From positions 186,001 through 250,000 of the forward strand of contig OW569388.1 in the NCBI GenBank assembly GCA_937625935.1: a stretch of 64,000 bases of DNA. The letters are read 5' to 3'. Below are positions 1 through 10,882 of this stretch, one piece after another (the stretch's first letter is position 1; the number at the start of each line of letters is the position of its first letter). Both the position numbers and the translations under genes were made by a program. This DNA is from Tetramitus jugosus. Lineage: Eukaryota; Protista; Heterolobosea. The notes below the pieces were generated by a model. It searched no databases, had not been told where the DNA came from, and worked only from the letters and a program-made list of their open reading frames with translations.

Positions 1-23
1 ACAAATTTAATGGAAGTTTCCGA

Positions 24-2693
24 TTGAAGGAACTATGTGGAGAGAAGGTAAAGCGAAAGAGAATACCGCTTGATGTTGATAATGTGCTCATGAGAGGTAG
101 CATTTTGAAGAACACAAGATATATTTATGGAGCTGTGATATATGTAGGACAAGATACGAGACTATTCAAGAACTTGAAGAAGCCAAAGGCCAGAATGTCA
201 TTGCTTGATAAGCGATTGAATATGTTGCTATGTTTCCTCGTTCTTCTACAACAAGCCATTTGTGGTTTGTACGTTGGATTGGCTTCCTTCTTCCAAAACA
301 GAACCACTCGTTTCAGTTTCTACATGAACAATATTCTACCTGGTCGTACCTCGTTTGAGTATGTTGTCAGAAATTGGATGACCTATTTCATTCTGTTGAA
401 TCTCGTTATTCCCATGTCTTTATTCGTTGGATTAGAGTTTGTGAAAGCATTCCAAGCAAAGCTAATGGAGGCTGATGATGAAATGAAAATAGTTGACGAT
501 AGAGGTGAAACGATATCCATGATTGCGAAAACTTCTAATTTGAATCAGGAACTGTCCCAGATTGATGTCATTTTTTCTGATAAGACAGGAACACTTACGG
601 AGAATCTGATGGAGTACAAGCAGTGTTGGGTCGATGGTACTTACTTTGGAGAGGACAAGGGAATGCTGTCGTGGATGATGAAGCACCCAAAGGTGAAACC
701 GGTCAATGATCGAACAGATCCCATCGGTTATCACATGTACATGATTCATGAATTCTTGTTAGGTATTGTGTTGAATCATACCATTATTCCTGAACGATCA
801 GACGAAGGTGAAATTTTGTTTGAAGGCCCAAGTCCTGATGAAATTGCTCTCATTTCTTGTGCCAAACAAAATGGATACTTGTTGGTTCAACGAACGACTT
901 CTGGATTGGAGATTGCGATCAATGGCACATCATACTTTTATGAGATTCTAGTCAGCTTGGCGTTTACGTCTGACAGAAAGCGAATGTCAGTCATTACACG
1001 ATCCCCAGAAGGCAGGATTGTTCTTTACTCCAAAGGTGCCGACAATATCATGTTTGCCCGATCGATTATATCAAGCACTGACAAATCAGATATTGAAAGA
1101 GCATTGGATGTTTTTTCCCAGTCTGGGTTACGTACGTTGGTCATTTGTAGAAAAGAACTATCAGTCAGAGAGTATGAAGTGTGGTCAAGGCAATACCAAA
1201 AGGCAACTATTTCAACAAAGCAGAATAAGGATGATTTGATTGAGGAGTTGTCAAGTGCCATCGAACAAGGATTTGAGGTACTCGGTGCCACTGCTATTGA
1301 AGATAAACTTCAACAGGGAGTACCAGAAGCTATCGAGTTTTTGAGAAGAGCTGGATTCCAAATCTGGGTGTTGACTGGCGACAAGCCAGAAACAGCCAGA
1401 AATATTGCATATACTGCAAATGTGATCCAGAAGCACTCAATTGAAATTCGAATCCAGGAGTCACAATCCAGAAAGCATTGCAAAAAGAAGTTGATGATTG
1501 CTTGGACATTCTTGGAAGAAAACAAGAAGAAGAATGTTGATTATGCATTATTGATCGATGCTCAGTCTCTCAATTTCATCTTAGGACAGAAAAAGATTGA
1601 GGATAAGTTACTGCAAATTATCACGTATTGCAAAACGGCCGTATGTTGTCGTTTGACTGCTTTGCAAAAATCCCAAATTGTTCAGCTCGTTGAAAGACGA
1701 TGTAATAAGAAGGGATTGGGTATTGGTGATGGTGTGAATGATGTCTCGATGATTCAAGCTGCCACTGTAGGTGTAGGTATCATTGGTCGTGAGGGATCGC
1801 AAGCTGCTAGAGCATCGGATTACGCAATTCCGAGGTTCAAACATTTGGTGAGACTTCTCGCCGTCCATGGACGATACTCATATATCAGAAACAGTGATTA
1901 CCTTCATCTTTCCTTCTATAAGAACATGATCGTGGTGTACTCGCAATTGTTGTACGCTATCTTTGCTGGATTTACTGCTCAAACATTGTTTGAGTCATGG
2001 ATCTTATCTCTCTACAACACCATTTTCACCTTTTTGCCACCAATGATTTCTGGCATCTTTGAGAAGGATTTGCCTGAGGATATCTTGCTAGCTAATCCAG
2101 AACTTTACAAGGAAAACAAGAATGATGCCTTGTTTAACAAGAAGACGTTGATTATTTGGTTCGTGACGCCTCTCGTCCATTCAGCCATCATCTTCTTTGG
2201 AACATATGCAATGTCCAATAGTTTTGTTCTCGGCAAGACACAAGATGATTTATGGTCCTTTGGTACGATATGTATGACAACGGCGATTACTGTAATCATG
2301 ATTAGACACTCGATGGAACTCAAAAATTGGACAATCATTACGCATGCTGTCGTTTGGGCAAGTTGGGCATCCTATATCATATTCATTGTGTTGTACACGT
2401 TGATTCCACAATTAGGAATTTTAGGCAAGACTACGTACTACTGGACAGCTCTGGAATACTTCAAGTCACCAAAGGCTTTATTGATCACTTTGTTGCTCGT
2501 CGTCGCATGTATCACACCAGATTTTACTTTCAAGTTCATCAAGAGATATCTATTTCCTTCTGATTGGGAAGTGGTTTTACTACGTAATCGACTTCGATTA
2601 GGTTGTGGTTGTGGCAAGAATGACACACGTGATGATCCTGCTTCTAAAAAGAACAAGAGATCCAGTACACTTGCAGTGGAGGCAAACACGTGA
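24..2693 (+). CDS. P4-type ATPase (phospholipid flippase), 5'-truncated by the window edge
   Basis: DKTGTLT phosphorylation motif, GPSPDEIAL, KGAD, WVLTGDK, GDGVNDVSMI, GREGSQA, HGRYSY, C-terminal TM helices. Confidence 0.95.
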   Translation: MKELCGEKVKRKRIPLDVDNVLMRGSILKNTRYIYGAVIYVGQDTRLFKNLKKPKARMSLLDKRLNMLLCFLVLLQQAICGLYVGLASFFQNRTTRFSFYMNNILPGRTSFEYVVRNWMTYFILLNLVIPMSLFVGLEFVKAFQAKLMEADDEMKIVDDRGETISMIAKTSNLNQELSQIDVIFSDKTGTLTENLMEYKQCWVDGTYFGEDKGMLSWMMKHPKVKPVNDRTDPIGYHMYMIHEFLLGIVLNHTIIPERSDEGEILFEGPSPDEIALISCAKQNGYLLVQRTTSGLEIAINGTSYFYEILVSLAFTSDRKRMSVITRSPEGRIVLYSKGADNIMFARSIISSTDKSDIERALDVFSQSGLRTLVICRKELSVREYEVWSRQYQKATISTKQNKDDLIEELSSAIEQGFEVLGATAIEDKLQQGVPEAIEFLRRAGFQIWVLTGDKPETARNIAYTANVIQKHSIEIRIQESQSRKHCKKKLMIAWTFLEENKKKNVDYALLIDAQSLNFILGQKKIEDKLLQIITYCKTAVCCRLTALQKSQIVQLVERRCNKKGLGIGDGVNDVSMIQAATVGVGIIGREGSQAARASDYAIPRFKHLVRLLAVHGRYSYIRNSDYLHLSFYKNMIVVYSQLLYAIFAGFTAQTLFESWILSLYNTIFTFLPPMISGIFEKDLPEDILLANPELYKENKNDALFNKKTLIIWFVTPLVHSAIIFFGTYAMSNSFVLGKTQDDLWSFGTICMTTAITVIMIRHSMELKNWTIITHAVVWASWASYIIFIVLYTLIPQLGILGKTTYYWTALEYFKSPKALLITLLLVVACITPDFTFKFIKRYLFPSDWEVVLLRNRLRLGCGCGKNDTRDDPASKKNKRSSTLAVEANT

Positions 2694-2743
2694 GTCATTA
2701 ATGTTATGCATATGAGATAAATATTCTGTTCGTATTGTAATAA

Positions 2744-4495
2744 TTATTGGTTTCTTATTGGTGCGTCCATCTCTCTATCAAATCGAGTATAACTATCGTC
2801 GTTAAGGCTGTGGGTCCTCCTCTTGTAAATCTTTCGACATGATTGAACGACTTTTTCCAAACAAGGGAATGTTTCCGTCACCTTGTTAAAATCGAATAAT
2901 TGGTACATCATTGCCAGAGCAACCAGCAACACCGTATAATCCAAGAGCGGGAAGTTAAACAACCTATAACTGATACCAAAGTGCACCTTGCGTCCCGTAA
3001 ATTCAATAATCACAAACAACATTTGAAGTGCAATCAGCAACAGTAGCACGACTTGGATAATCATAAATCGAGTGAACTTGAGCTCGAAAATGGTCAACCT
3101 CTGCGCCTTGCGAATTCTGAGGAACAGTTTTGTTCCATAGATCACAAAACCAAGTGCAAACAGTATCATGTTGGTCAAAACGAGAGGGAAGAACACATAG
3201 TTGAGCACACCCTTCTTTCTTGCTTGAATGCTGACCATGTGAGCAATTGGGAATGCAATAAATACAACGAAAAATACATAGACCGACGCAAGCAAAACCT
3301 TAACTAGAACAGGCAATCCAGATTGATTCAAACTGTCTGCCTTGTACAACACCTTCAACCACAGAGTAAACAGTGTAAACATGCTGATGAACAAGGATAG
3401 CAAAGCAGTAGCTCTGAATACTCCATCTCCAATCTTGTGCCTTGCCATGAACATGTTCTCATAGGGAATTGCCATGATGGACTCCAATCCGAGTAACAAC
3501 AGAGCAACGAGCAAGAAAATAGCCATGCCCAACCGAAGAGACACCAATTGACTTACTGCTTCCTTAGTTTCATCCCTGCGCTTGATGGCAGCTCTTATGT
3601 GACTAATAATCGTTGGAATGATAAATCCAAGGAGCAAAACAAGTGACATGATCGTACAGAGTATAAACATGATGAATGGCTGCACAAACTGGGACCAAGG
3701 CACAATAAACATGCTATAGCCATCACACTTGAACCCATAGAGCTTTGATTTTTGACAGGCACAGATGTATGGATTGGTTGGTTCACTCTTCACAAGCCTG
3801 GAGAAAATGAGAGGATAACCGTCTTGGAACTTTTCATTGTTGCTACAGAAGCTTGTGCTTGGGAATTGGAAGCTTGGACAGGATCCATTCGCCACTCGTA
3901 GATGGAACTCTTCAAACTCGGAGCGCGCGCAATACTGGCAAAAATTCAAAACGCGCGAATGCAGCTTGGTGTTGTTGGCGGCAGTTTCGGCCATGTCGCA
4001 GAAATATTCTGTGCACGAAGTGGCGTTCAACTGAACAAATAGCTCTAGTTGATTCAATGGGCCACAAATTTCTTCGTATGGCGTGTCCAACAAGTACCTA
4101 TAGCTTACATACTTGGGAAAGGTCTTAATGACTGGAATTCTGTCTTCCACAAGTGTGCGAACAGATTTGCACTCAATTGCGCTGTAATCTTTTTTTGGCG
4201 CCAAACCGGAAAATTGGACCAAACGACAGCCGGAGCTCCACCAATTGATAGAATTGATGTTCTTGTGTGTGACTACAACTACTCCAACGGTCGACTCTTC
4301 AGTCGCAGAGTGAACACCTCTTATCAAAAGGCAACAGCTAAACCACAAAAATATCAACGCAAACATTGCCATGGTTGGCACATGGTATCGTGTCACAAAA
4401 GAACTCACCATTTTGATGTTGTTGGTTTTTTCACTCTTTTTCTTCCTGTTCGGAATTTTTGTTACCAAAATCTTCCCCGCCATTCCCCTCTCCAA
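2744..4495 (-). CDS. 7TM receptor-like protein (THH1/TOM1/GPR137-like) with signal peptide and Cys-rich/EGF-like ectodomain; true start probably at MVSSF or MAMF
   Basis: Hydrophobic leader, Cys-rich region ending ICACQKSKLYGFKCD, seven hydrophobic helices, GFVIYGTKL motif. Confidence 0.65.
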   Translation of the reverse strand: MERGMAGKILVTKIPNRKKKSEKTNNIKMVSSFVTRYHVPTMAMFALIFLWFSCCLLIRGVHSATEESTVGVVVVTHKNINSINWWSSGCRLVQFSGLAPKKDYSAIECKSVRTLVEDRIPVIKTFPKYVSYRYLLDTPYEEICGPLNQLELFVQLNATSCTEYFCDMAETAANNTKLHSRVLNFCQYCARSEFEEFHLRVANGSCPSFQFPSTSFCSNNEKFQDGYPLIFSRLVKSEPTNPYICACQKSKLYGFKCDGYSMFIVPWSQFVQPFIMFILCTIMSLVLLLGFIIPTIISHIRAAIKRRDETKEAVSQLVSLRLGMAIFLLVALLLLGLESIMAIPYENMFMARHKIGDGVFRATALLSLFISMFTLFTLWLKVLYKADSLNQSGLPVLVKVLLASVYVFFVVFIAFPIAHMVSIQARKKGVLNYVFFPLVLTNMILFALGFVIYGTKLFLRIRKAQRLTIFELKFTRFMIIQVVLLLLIALQMLFVIIEFTGRKVHFGISYRLFNFPLLDYTVLLVALAMMYQLFDFNKVTETFPCLEKVVQSCRKIYKRRTHSLNDDSYTRFDREMDAPIRNQ

Positions 4496-4627
4496 GTTAG
4501 ATGCAAGTTGTCTGAGTAATTAGTTCATTTCACTGCACTACGTGTCTCATCACAATAAAGCATCCAATCACCACTCTTAATTAAATTCTGAAAGCTAGAA
4601 GTGCTTACAAACTTGTTTGTTTATTCG

Positions 4628-5137
4628 TCAGATCAAGATTCTGTAGGGCCTACATTGGCTCTCAGCTTCGTCATTCAAGTTTCCAGAAGCCTCAATTGAT
4701 CGTTCAGCTTTGCTCAGCTGTTTACGAAAGTATGCAATTTGATCCGGGAATTTTTGAATTCTTCGTCGAAGGAGACGAACTGCTTCTTCGTCTCTCTTCA
4801 ATGCAAGAAGGGCTTTGGTTTTTCGTTTCATAGCCCTCATGTGGTTTGGGTTAAACAAAAGAACTTTTTCAGCGTCTTCAAGCGAGCTATCCCATTGTCC
4901 AAGGCCAGCATAAGTCATGCTTCTGCTCACTAAAATATCGTTAGTCACATTCTTGTGCAGGTTATATTGCCGAGCAACAGAGAGAGCCAAGTTAAAAGAC
5001 AGAAGAGCTGCTTCAAAGTCATTGACTCTGACACTTTGACTGCCTTCTTCATGCAGGTGTCTCAAGAAGAAAAAAAGTGTCGTCATCTTGTTTCGCTGGA
5101 GTTCGTGTCTTAAGCGAAGTTTATTATCACAGTTCAA
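4628..5137 (-). CDS. Small TPR-repeat protein (likely start MTTLFF, ~5086)
   Basis: TPR-like helices RSMTYAGLGQWDSSLEDAEKVLLFNPNHMRAMKRKTKALLAL. Confidence 0.75.
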   Translation of the reverse strand: MNCDNKLRLRHELQRNKMTTLFFFLRHLHEEGSQSVRVNDFEAALLSFNLALSVARQYNLHKNVTNDILVSRSMTYAGLGQWDSSLEDAEKVLLFNPNHMRAMKRKTKALLALKRDEEAVRLLRRRIQKFPDQIAYFRKQLSKAERSIEASGNLNDEAESQCRPYRILI

Positions 5138-6822
5138 TCTGTTTGTTGGGCAATTTCTGTGGTGAATTTGAGCAAATCCTTGTCTGTTTGCAGGAGGAGG
5201 GATGCACCTTTCAGTGCGTGAATATCTTTCTTCATGACATGATAAACCAAGTCCTTATCATTCCTATACTCTTCGGGTGCAAATTTAAGAGCAGAGGGAT
5301 TGTTGATTATTGCTTCTATTATAAATTCTCTGTGGCTAAATTTCTTGGGTATGTGTTTCAAAGCCTGGGCGTTTGTTGATATGGCTTGAATCAGAAAGTC
5401 CCAATCGTTCTGTAGAACATCTGCTGCACAGTCAAGTGCCTCACTGTTACTCTTCACAGCTTCTTGGACGATATCTTGATCTTCTCGAAGTTCTTCTGAA
5501 GCGAAGCGCAAGGCCATTCCGTTACTTGCAACTGCCACTTTGACTAGAGCCTTATTGTTTTGTAATGTCTTTGATGCGTGTGACAGCTCCATTCCATTGT
5601 TTCTCACAGCCAATCGCACCACTTCCTCATCGTCAATGAAGTGAGAGCAGACAGTTAATGGGCATCCACGCTCAACAGCTGTATATACCATGGCTTTATC
5701 TTGCTTCCATTCATCAGATGCATGCAAAAGTGCTCTTCCATCATTCTCTACGGCAGCTGTAACAATATCTTTATCACGCTTCATTGTTCTTGATGCCCAT
5801 TGCAATGAAAGCCCGTTATTTATGACGGCTACAAGTGCAATATTTTTGTTTCCTTTCAATTCGTCCGATGCATATTTCAATGCCATTCCATTGTTCTTGA
5901 CTGCTTCCATAACCACTCGTTCGTTATCTCTCAAGAAGATGGATCCATACTGGAGCACCATTCCATTGTTTTGTACTGTTGCCGTAACAACTCCATCTTT
6001 ACAATTACCAGAGGCGAACTGTAGAGCGCAGCAGTCATTCTTTGCGGCCTCTTGAACGATTTCTTCATTGTCCATCAGAGCCTTTGATGCATGTTGTAAA
6101 GCCAAGCCATTTTGTCGAACAGCAGCCAATACGACGTCGCTATCATTCTTCAATTCATCAGTCGCAAATTGAAGAGCGTGACCATTGCTCTGGACAGCTC
6201 TTATCACAAAGTCCTTCCGAGGTACAAGGCCCTTCAAATCAGGTACGTTAAAATGTTCTCCATAGTACTTTGACAAGGCCTCCAGAGCCATTCCATTTGC
6301 AGTCAATGCAGCCATAATTACATTTGTATCTCCTCTTAGTTCGTTTCCGACACACTTTAGGGCCATTCCATTGTTTTCCACTGCTGTTGTTACAACTTCC
6401 CGATCTGCCTTCAGTTCATTCGAAGCATATTTTAGTGCCATTCCATTGTTTCCTACAGCAGCCAATACTATATCCTTGTGCTGCACTGTACCCTTCAAAT
6501 GACGAGGCACAAAGCATCGTTCCCCGTACAATTTCGCAACAGATTCAAGCACCATTCCATTCTGCTTGACAGCCGCAATCACAACATCCTTATCTTCAAT
6601 AAATTTCTCTGCTGCATAGTGCAATGCCATTCCATTCTGTCTCACTGCATTCAAAACAACTTGCTTGTCTGATTTTAGTTCATTGGATGCATACTTTAGT
6701 GAGAGACCATTGAGTTCAACAACCTTGAGTACAAAGTCTCTGTTTTCAGTGAGTTCCAAGGGAGAATATTGAGTCAGTTCCATGGTTTTTACTTGTATTT
6801 GAGATGATGAATGGTACGACAA
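5134..6822 (-). CDS. DUF4116-type repeat protein
   Basis: Many ~25-aa repeats of the form D(K/R)xVVxxAVxxNGxALxYASxEL. Confidence 0.9.
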   Translation of the reverse strand: MSYHSSSQIQVKTMELTQYSPLELTENRDFVLKVVELNGLSLKYASNELKSDKQVVLNAVRQNGMALHYAAEKFIEDKDVVIAAVKQNGMVLESVAKLYGERCFVPRHLKGTVQHKDIVLAAVGNNGMALKYASNELKADREVVTTAVENNGMALKCVGNELRGDTNVIMAALTANGMALEALSKYYGEHFNVPDLKGLVPRKDFVIRAVQSNGHALQFATDELKNDSDVVLAAVRQNGLALQHASKALMDNEEIVQEAAKNDCCALQFASGNCKDGVVTATVQNNGMVLQYGSIFLRDNERVVMEAVKNNGMALKYASDELKGNKNIALVAVINNGLSLQWASRTMKRDKDIVTAAVENDGRALLHASDEWKQDKAMVYTAVERGCPLTVCSHFIDDEEVVRLAVRNNGMELSHASKTLQNNKALVKVAVASNGMALRFASEELREDQDIVQEAVKSNSEALDCAADVLQNDWDFLIQAISTNAQALKHIPKKFSHREFIIEAIINNPSALKFAPEEYRNDKDLVYHVMKKDIHALKGASLLLQTDKDLLKFTTEIAQQTD

Positions 6823-7067
6823 TGTACGTTGGTTGCTTTTCTATTTCGTTGTGTGATGGCTTGAGGTTGGATGTTCCAATGCTTCGTCTCCAGTTCCTCG
6901 TTTTTTTGGAAGAAAAAAATTTCTGAGATTAAAAACGCGCCAATATTTTCTCCGTTGAAAATCAGATTTCCGCGAATCAAAAAGAAATTCACACGCCGAA
7001 AATCACCAACAACAAAACAACAAAACAACGACATCAGCTCAGTACCACAACAACATCAACTCAAAAA

Positions 7068-8534
7068 ATGACACTGTCACCAAACGAACAAGCTGAACAA
7101 TACAAAAACGACGGAAATCAATGTTTCAAAGAAAAAAAATATGAACAAGCAGTCGATTGCTACACCAAGGCCATTGAAATCCTACCCACCACCATTTACT
7201 ATTGCAATCGAGCACTCAATCACACACACTTGGAAAATTATGGTTCAGCACTCTCTGATGCCAATGAAGCCATCAAACTCGACCCTTCCAATCCAAAAGC
7301 ATACTATCGCAGAGGAACAGCCAATTTGGCACTATCGAAATATCAGGAAGCTTTGAATGATTTTCAAAAAGTGGTTCAGTTGCATCCAACAGACAAGGTT
7401 GCCAAAACAAAAGTTTCACTTTGTAAACAAGAAATTCGCGCCATTCAATTTTTGAAGGCGATTGAGAGTGAAGAATCGGCGCCATTGTCAGAAACGTTGG
7501 AATGGTGGTCGATTGCCATCAATTCGGACTATGATGGAATGAGAATGGAGTCATTGTCGAATGTTGAGAATGAGAGAGAGTTGAACAATGTGGAGATTTC
7601 AATGGAATTTGTGGAGGATTTGGTAGAGCGATTCAAATCTCAAAAAAAGATTCATTACAAGTATGCATTGATCATCTTGTTGAAGGCTGTTCGATTGCTC
7701 AAGGACATTCCTTCACTGTATCACGTGTCTGTTGACACTGAAAAACACATTACAGTGTGTGGTGATACTCATGGTCAATTCTTTGACTTGTTGCACATTT
7801 TCAATCTGAATGGTATGCCATCGGAAGACAATCCATATCTGTTCAATGGAGACTTTGTCGATCGAGGATCATTCTCTTGTGAAATCATTTTGACACTCTT
7901 GGCATTCAAGGTTGCTTGTCCATCGAGTATTCACTTGACGAGAGGAAATCATGAATCACGTGAATTGAATAGAGCGTACGGATTCGAAGGAGAAGTCAAG
8001 GCAAAGTACAATGATACACTGTATGAACTGTTCCAGGAAGTGTTCAACTGGTTACCATTGAGTGCTGTGATTAACAATAAGGTAATGGTTGTACATGGTG
8101 GTATTCCTGAGAAGGATGGTGTTACTCTGGCCGATATTCAAAAGATTGATCGGAACTGTGCCATTCCATCTGATGGTATCATGTGTGATATGCTGTGGGC
8201 TGATCCACAAAAAGCACCAGGCAAGGGCGTAAACAAGAGAGGCGTGAGTTACACCTTCGGACCTGATCACACAAAGAAATTCTTGGACAACAACGGACTA
8301 CAAATGGTTGTGAGATCACATGAGGTCAAGATGGGCGGATATGAGGAAGAGGCAGACGGTCGTCTCGTGACTCTCTTCTCTGCTCCAAACTATTGTGACT
8401 CTGTTGGAAACAAGGGTGCATTCATAAGATTCAATGGAGGCGACATGAAGCCAAACTATATTCAATTCACTGCTGTGTCACATCCAAATGTGAAGCCAAT
8501 GGCCTATTCAAACTCGCTATTCAATCAGATTTAA
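7068..8534 (+). CDS. PPP5C: Ser/Thr protein phosphatase 5 (TPR + PPP catalytic domain)
   Basis: Three N-terminal TPRs; GDTHGQ, GDFVDRG, RGNHE, HGG, RSHE, SAPNYC; C-terminal HPNVKPMAY. Confidence 0.97.
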   Translation: MTLSPNEQAEQYKNDGNQCFKEKKYEQAVDCYTKAIEILPTTIYYCNRALNHTHLENYGSALSDANEAIKLDPSNPKAYYRRGTANLALSKYQEALNDFQKVVQLHPTDKVAKTKVSLCKQEIRAIQFLKAIESEESAPLSETLEWWSIAINSDYDGMRMESLSNVENERELNNVEISMEFVEDLVERFKSQKKIHYKYALIILLKAVRLLKDIPSLYHVSVDTEKHITVCGDTHGQFFDLLHIFNLNGMPSEDNPYLFNGDFVDRGSFSCEIILTLLAFKVACPSSIHLTRGNHESRELNRAYGFEGEVKAKYNDTLYELFQEVFNWLPLSAVINNKVMVVHGGIPEKDGVTLADIQKIDRNCAIPSDGIMCDMLWADPQKAPGKGVNKRGVSYTFGPDHTKKFLDNNGLQMVVRSHEVKMGGYEEEADGRLVTLFSAPNYCDSVGNKGAFIRFNGGDMKPNYIQFTAVSHPNVKPMAYSNSLFNQI

Positions 8535-8559
8535 GGTAGGATACCCCACGAAGTTTCAG

Positions 8560-9051
8560 CCAACATTTCGGACCTGAAGCGGTTGCTCCTACACAATCAC
8601 CGTTGTCACCTCCGTTTTGATGTGGTTGAAAGCGCATGGCGCAGTTTGGGACAAGAAGAAGGCTGAAGAGAGCCTTCGAGAGCCGGAAATCAATCGATCA
8701 TCGACTTCAAGAGAAGAAAAATTCATCATAGTTGGCGAATAAAGGTAATTTCGTGCAAAACCAATGGAGGCACATCCATTTTGAAACTTCTTGCTATGAA
8801 CATTGAGTTCGGAGTTCGGGCTCAAACTCTTTCTCATAGACCATTCTCCTCAAGACTTCCAAGGTTGACTACTTGCAGCCGAAGCAGTCAGAACGAGGGA
8901 ATTTTCAAATTTCCTTCTTTCTTTCGAATACATCAAGGCCAAGTCAATCTCTTCTGCAGTGACTCTGAAGTACACTCTCAATCAAAAGGCAGAGGCACCT
9001 TAAGCTGGTAGTAAAGACTTGGCAGTAGCCTGAGCAATGAGTATTGGACAT
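8560..9051 (-). pseudogene. Possible decayed coding sequence
   Basis: Protein-like segments spread over three frames (RVTAEEIDLALMYSKERRKFENSLVL / LEVLRRMVYEKEFEP / NSELNVHSKKFQNG) separated by stops and shifts. Confidence 0.25.
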
Positions 9052-9130
9052 GGTTCGTTTTTATTGATGTTTATTATTATTTCATTTGATACCTACCTGT
9101 AGATGGTACGTAACGGTCAGTCTCTGCAGT

Positions 9131-10054
9131 TTAACTTGCTTCGAAGAAGCGATGCTCCTCGAGCCCATTGTCAAAAAAGCAGAATTGCTCTAAAAAGCTT
9201 TCAACTTGACTGATCGACGGTTTGTCAGGATCATCTTCATCAATCTGAAGTAGACTGAAAAGTCGCTTCACAGTTTCCTTGTTTGCTGCGAATGTCGAGG
9301 TATCATTGGAAGCCAAAAAATTGAACTGGTTATCAAACCCAACTTGGGGAATTTCACGGTATTCATTTCCACCTAAAGGATTGACGACATCATCATAACT
9401 CATTCCCACAGAATGTTCCCGAAACAGGTGATCCAGAAAAGTAGCTGAAACGTTAAAGACGTAGCAACGCTGGCCCTCCCAATCATGAGTAATGTTCTTT
9501 TGAATGAAATTGTAGATGATGCTATCATGCATGAACGCAATGTACTTGTTAACAACCTCACTTTTTGTTAAATTAATATCGTACACTTCTGCCAGAAGTT
9601 TCATTTGATTAGAAGCTAGTTCAATCTCACTTGTACTCCGTTCCTCAGTTCCAGACTTCTTAAATTCTCGCGTAGCATTCAGGAGTCGAATGGCATAGCC
9701 ATCGTCCCTCTCAAAGCGACCAATCACAAGCTTTTTCCAATACTCTTTCTGATGAATATCCAGTTTGGCCACCTCTGTCTTGCTTCTCTTGTTTTTTGAC
9801 TGTTTAGTGGTACGCTTTGTCCTCTTTCCAGATGCTGTCTTCTTCTTTTCTATCTCTTCGTTCTCATCCTCATCAGCATTTGCTCTTGTGACCTCCTTCT
9901 CTGCAGTTTCGAGCTTTGTCAGGAACTCGTTCATGGATGGCCAGTTGAGTCTGGCCACAGTTTTCCAAGTCAAGAGTGTTTCTGTTGTGGAGTACCAGTC
10001 CTTGTTCAATAGAGTAGCTCTGGAGTAAATGTCACCAATAGGTAAGAATTGCAA
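9131..10054 (-). CDS. F-box-like protein; no in-frame ATG upstream of the F-box
   Basis: Frame extends upstream as LESLDIHQIILQFLPIGDIYSRATLLNKDW (F-box-like) but reaches a TGA before any ATG. Confidence 0.55.
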   Translation of the reverse strand: MQFLPIGDIYSRATLLNKDWYSTTETLLTWKTVARLNWPSMNEFLTKLETAEKEVTRANADEDENEEIEKKKTASGKRTKRTTKQSKNKRSKTEVAKLDIHQKEYWKKLVIGRFERDDGYAIRLLNATREFKKSGTEERSTSEIELASNQMKLLAEVYDINLTKSEVVNKYIAFMHDSIIYNFIQKNITHDWEGQRCYVFNVSATFLDHLFREHSVGMSYDDVVNPLGGNEYREIPQVGFDNQFNFLASNDTSTFAANKETVKRLFSLLQIDEDDPDKPSISQVESFLEQFCFFDNGLEEHRFFEAS

Positions 10055-10181
10055 GATGATTTGATGAATGTCTAGTGACTCAAGTTCTAGTTTTTTCAGG
10101 ATTTGTTGTTTACGAACATGCGAACATTGGATTTTGGAACTTGATGACTTCGTAGCTCACCAAAAAACTTCATACGCACAC

Positions 10182-10759
10182 ATGTTTCTTCCTGTGGACG
10201 CCTGGTCGAATGTGGTTGAATTCTGTCCCACGAGCACATGGATTCAATTAAGTTATACATGCAAAGATATCAATCAATTAAAGTACAATCGCATACTGAT
10301 GTGTGACAAGACCCGAACATTGAAAAGTGGTATCCAGGGAAAGGAAATTGGACGATTGTTTACTCTGGGATTCACACATTGAATATGGGTTGGTGCACTC
10401 AAGAGGGTATCACTGATGAGGCGTTCTCATACTTGTCTGGTATCCACACACTCAACATGGTCGGATGCAGCCAGACAACGATAACAGACAAAGCGTTTTC
10501 GTATCTGACAGGTATTCACACATTGAATATGGCTGGATGCGATCAGGATACGATTACAGATGATGCGTTCTCTCATCTTACAGGAATACACAAGTTAAAC
10601 ATGTCAGAATGTAGTCAGTCCACCATTACAGACAAGGCATTCTCGTACCTGAACGGCATTCATTCATTGAGATTGTCTGGCTACAACAACAAGGTAATCT
10701 CACAATCAATGATCTCACGCTTGACCAAAGAAGTCAAATATGAATTCTCTCATGACTGA
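10182..10759 (+). pseudogene. F-box + LRR protein gene split by a frameshift near 10300-10315
   Basis: F-box LPVDAWSNVVEFCPTSTWIQLSYTCK in one frame; 24-aa LRRs (ITDxAFSYLxGIHTLNMxxCxQxT) in another; the first GIHTLNM unit begins before the first frame's stop. Confidence 0.75.
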
Positions 10760-10882
10760 ACTTGCCCGATGCACGAATTGTTTTTCCAAGGAGGAGAATA
10801 AATGGCAGGAGAATTGAAATCCAAAACAACAAAAAATCCCCATCAAAAACTACAACAACCATAATATCGAGGTGTTTGGGTC

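Noticed and set aside
4628-6822. Operon-like overlap or coupling of the DUF4116 and TPR ORFs
   Set aside because: The overlap depends on a TTG start called by the ORF finder; the likely ATG is ~50 bp downstream.
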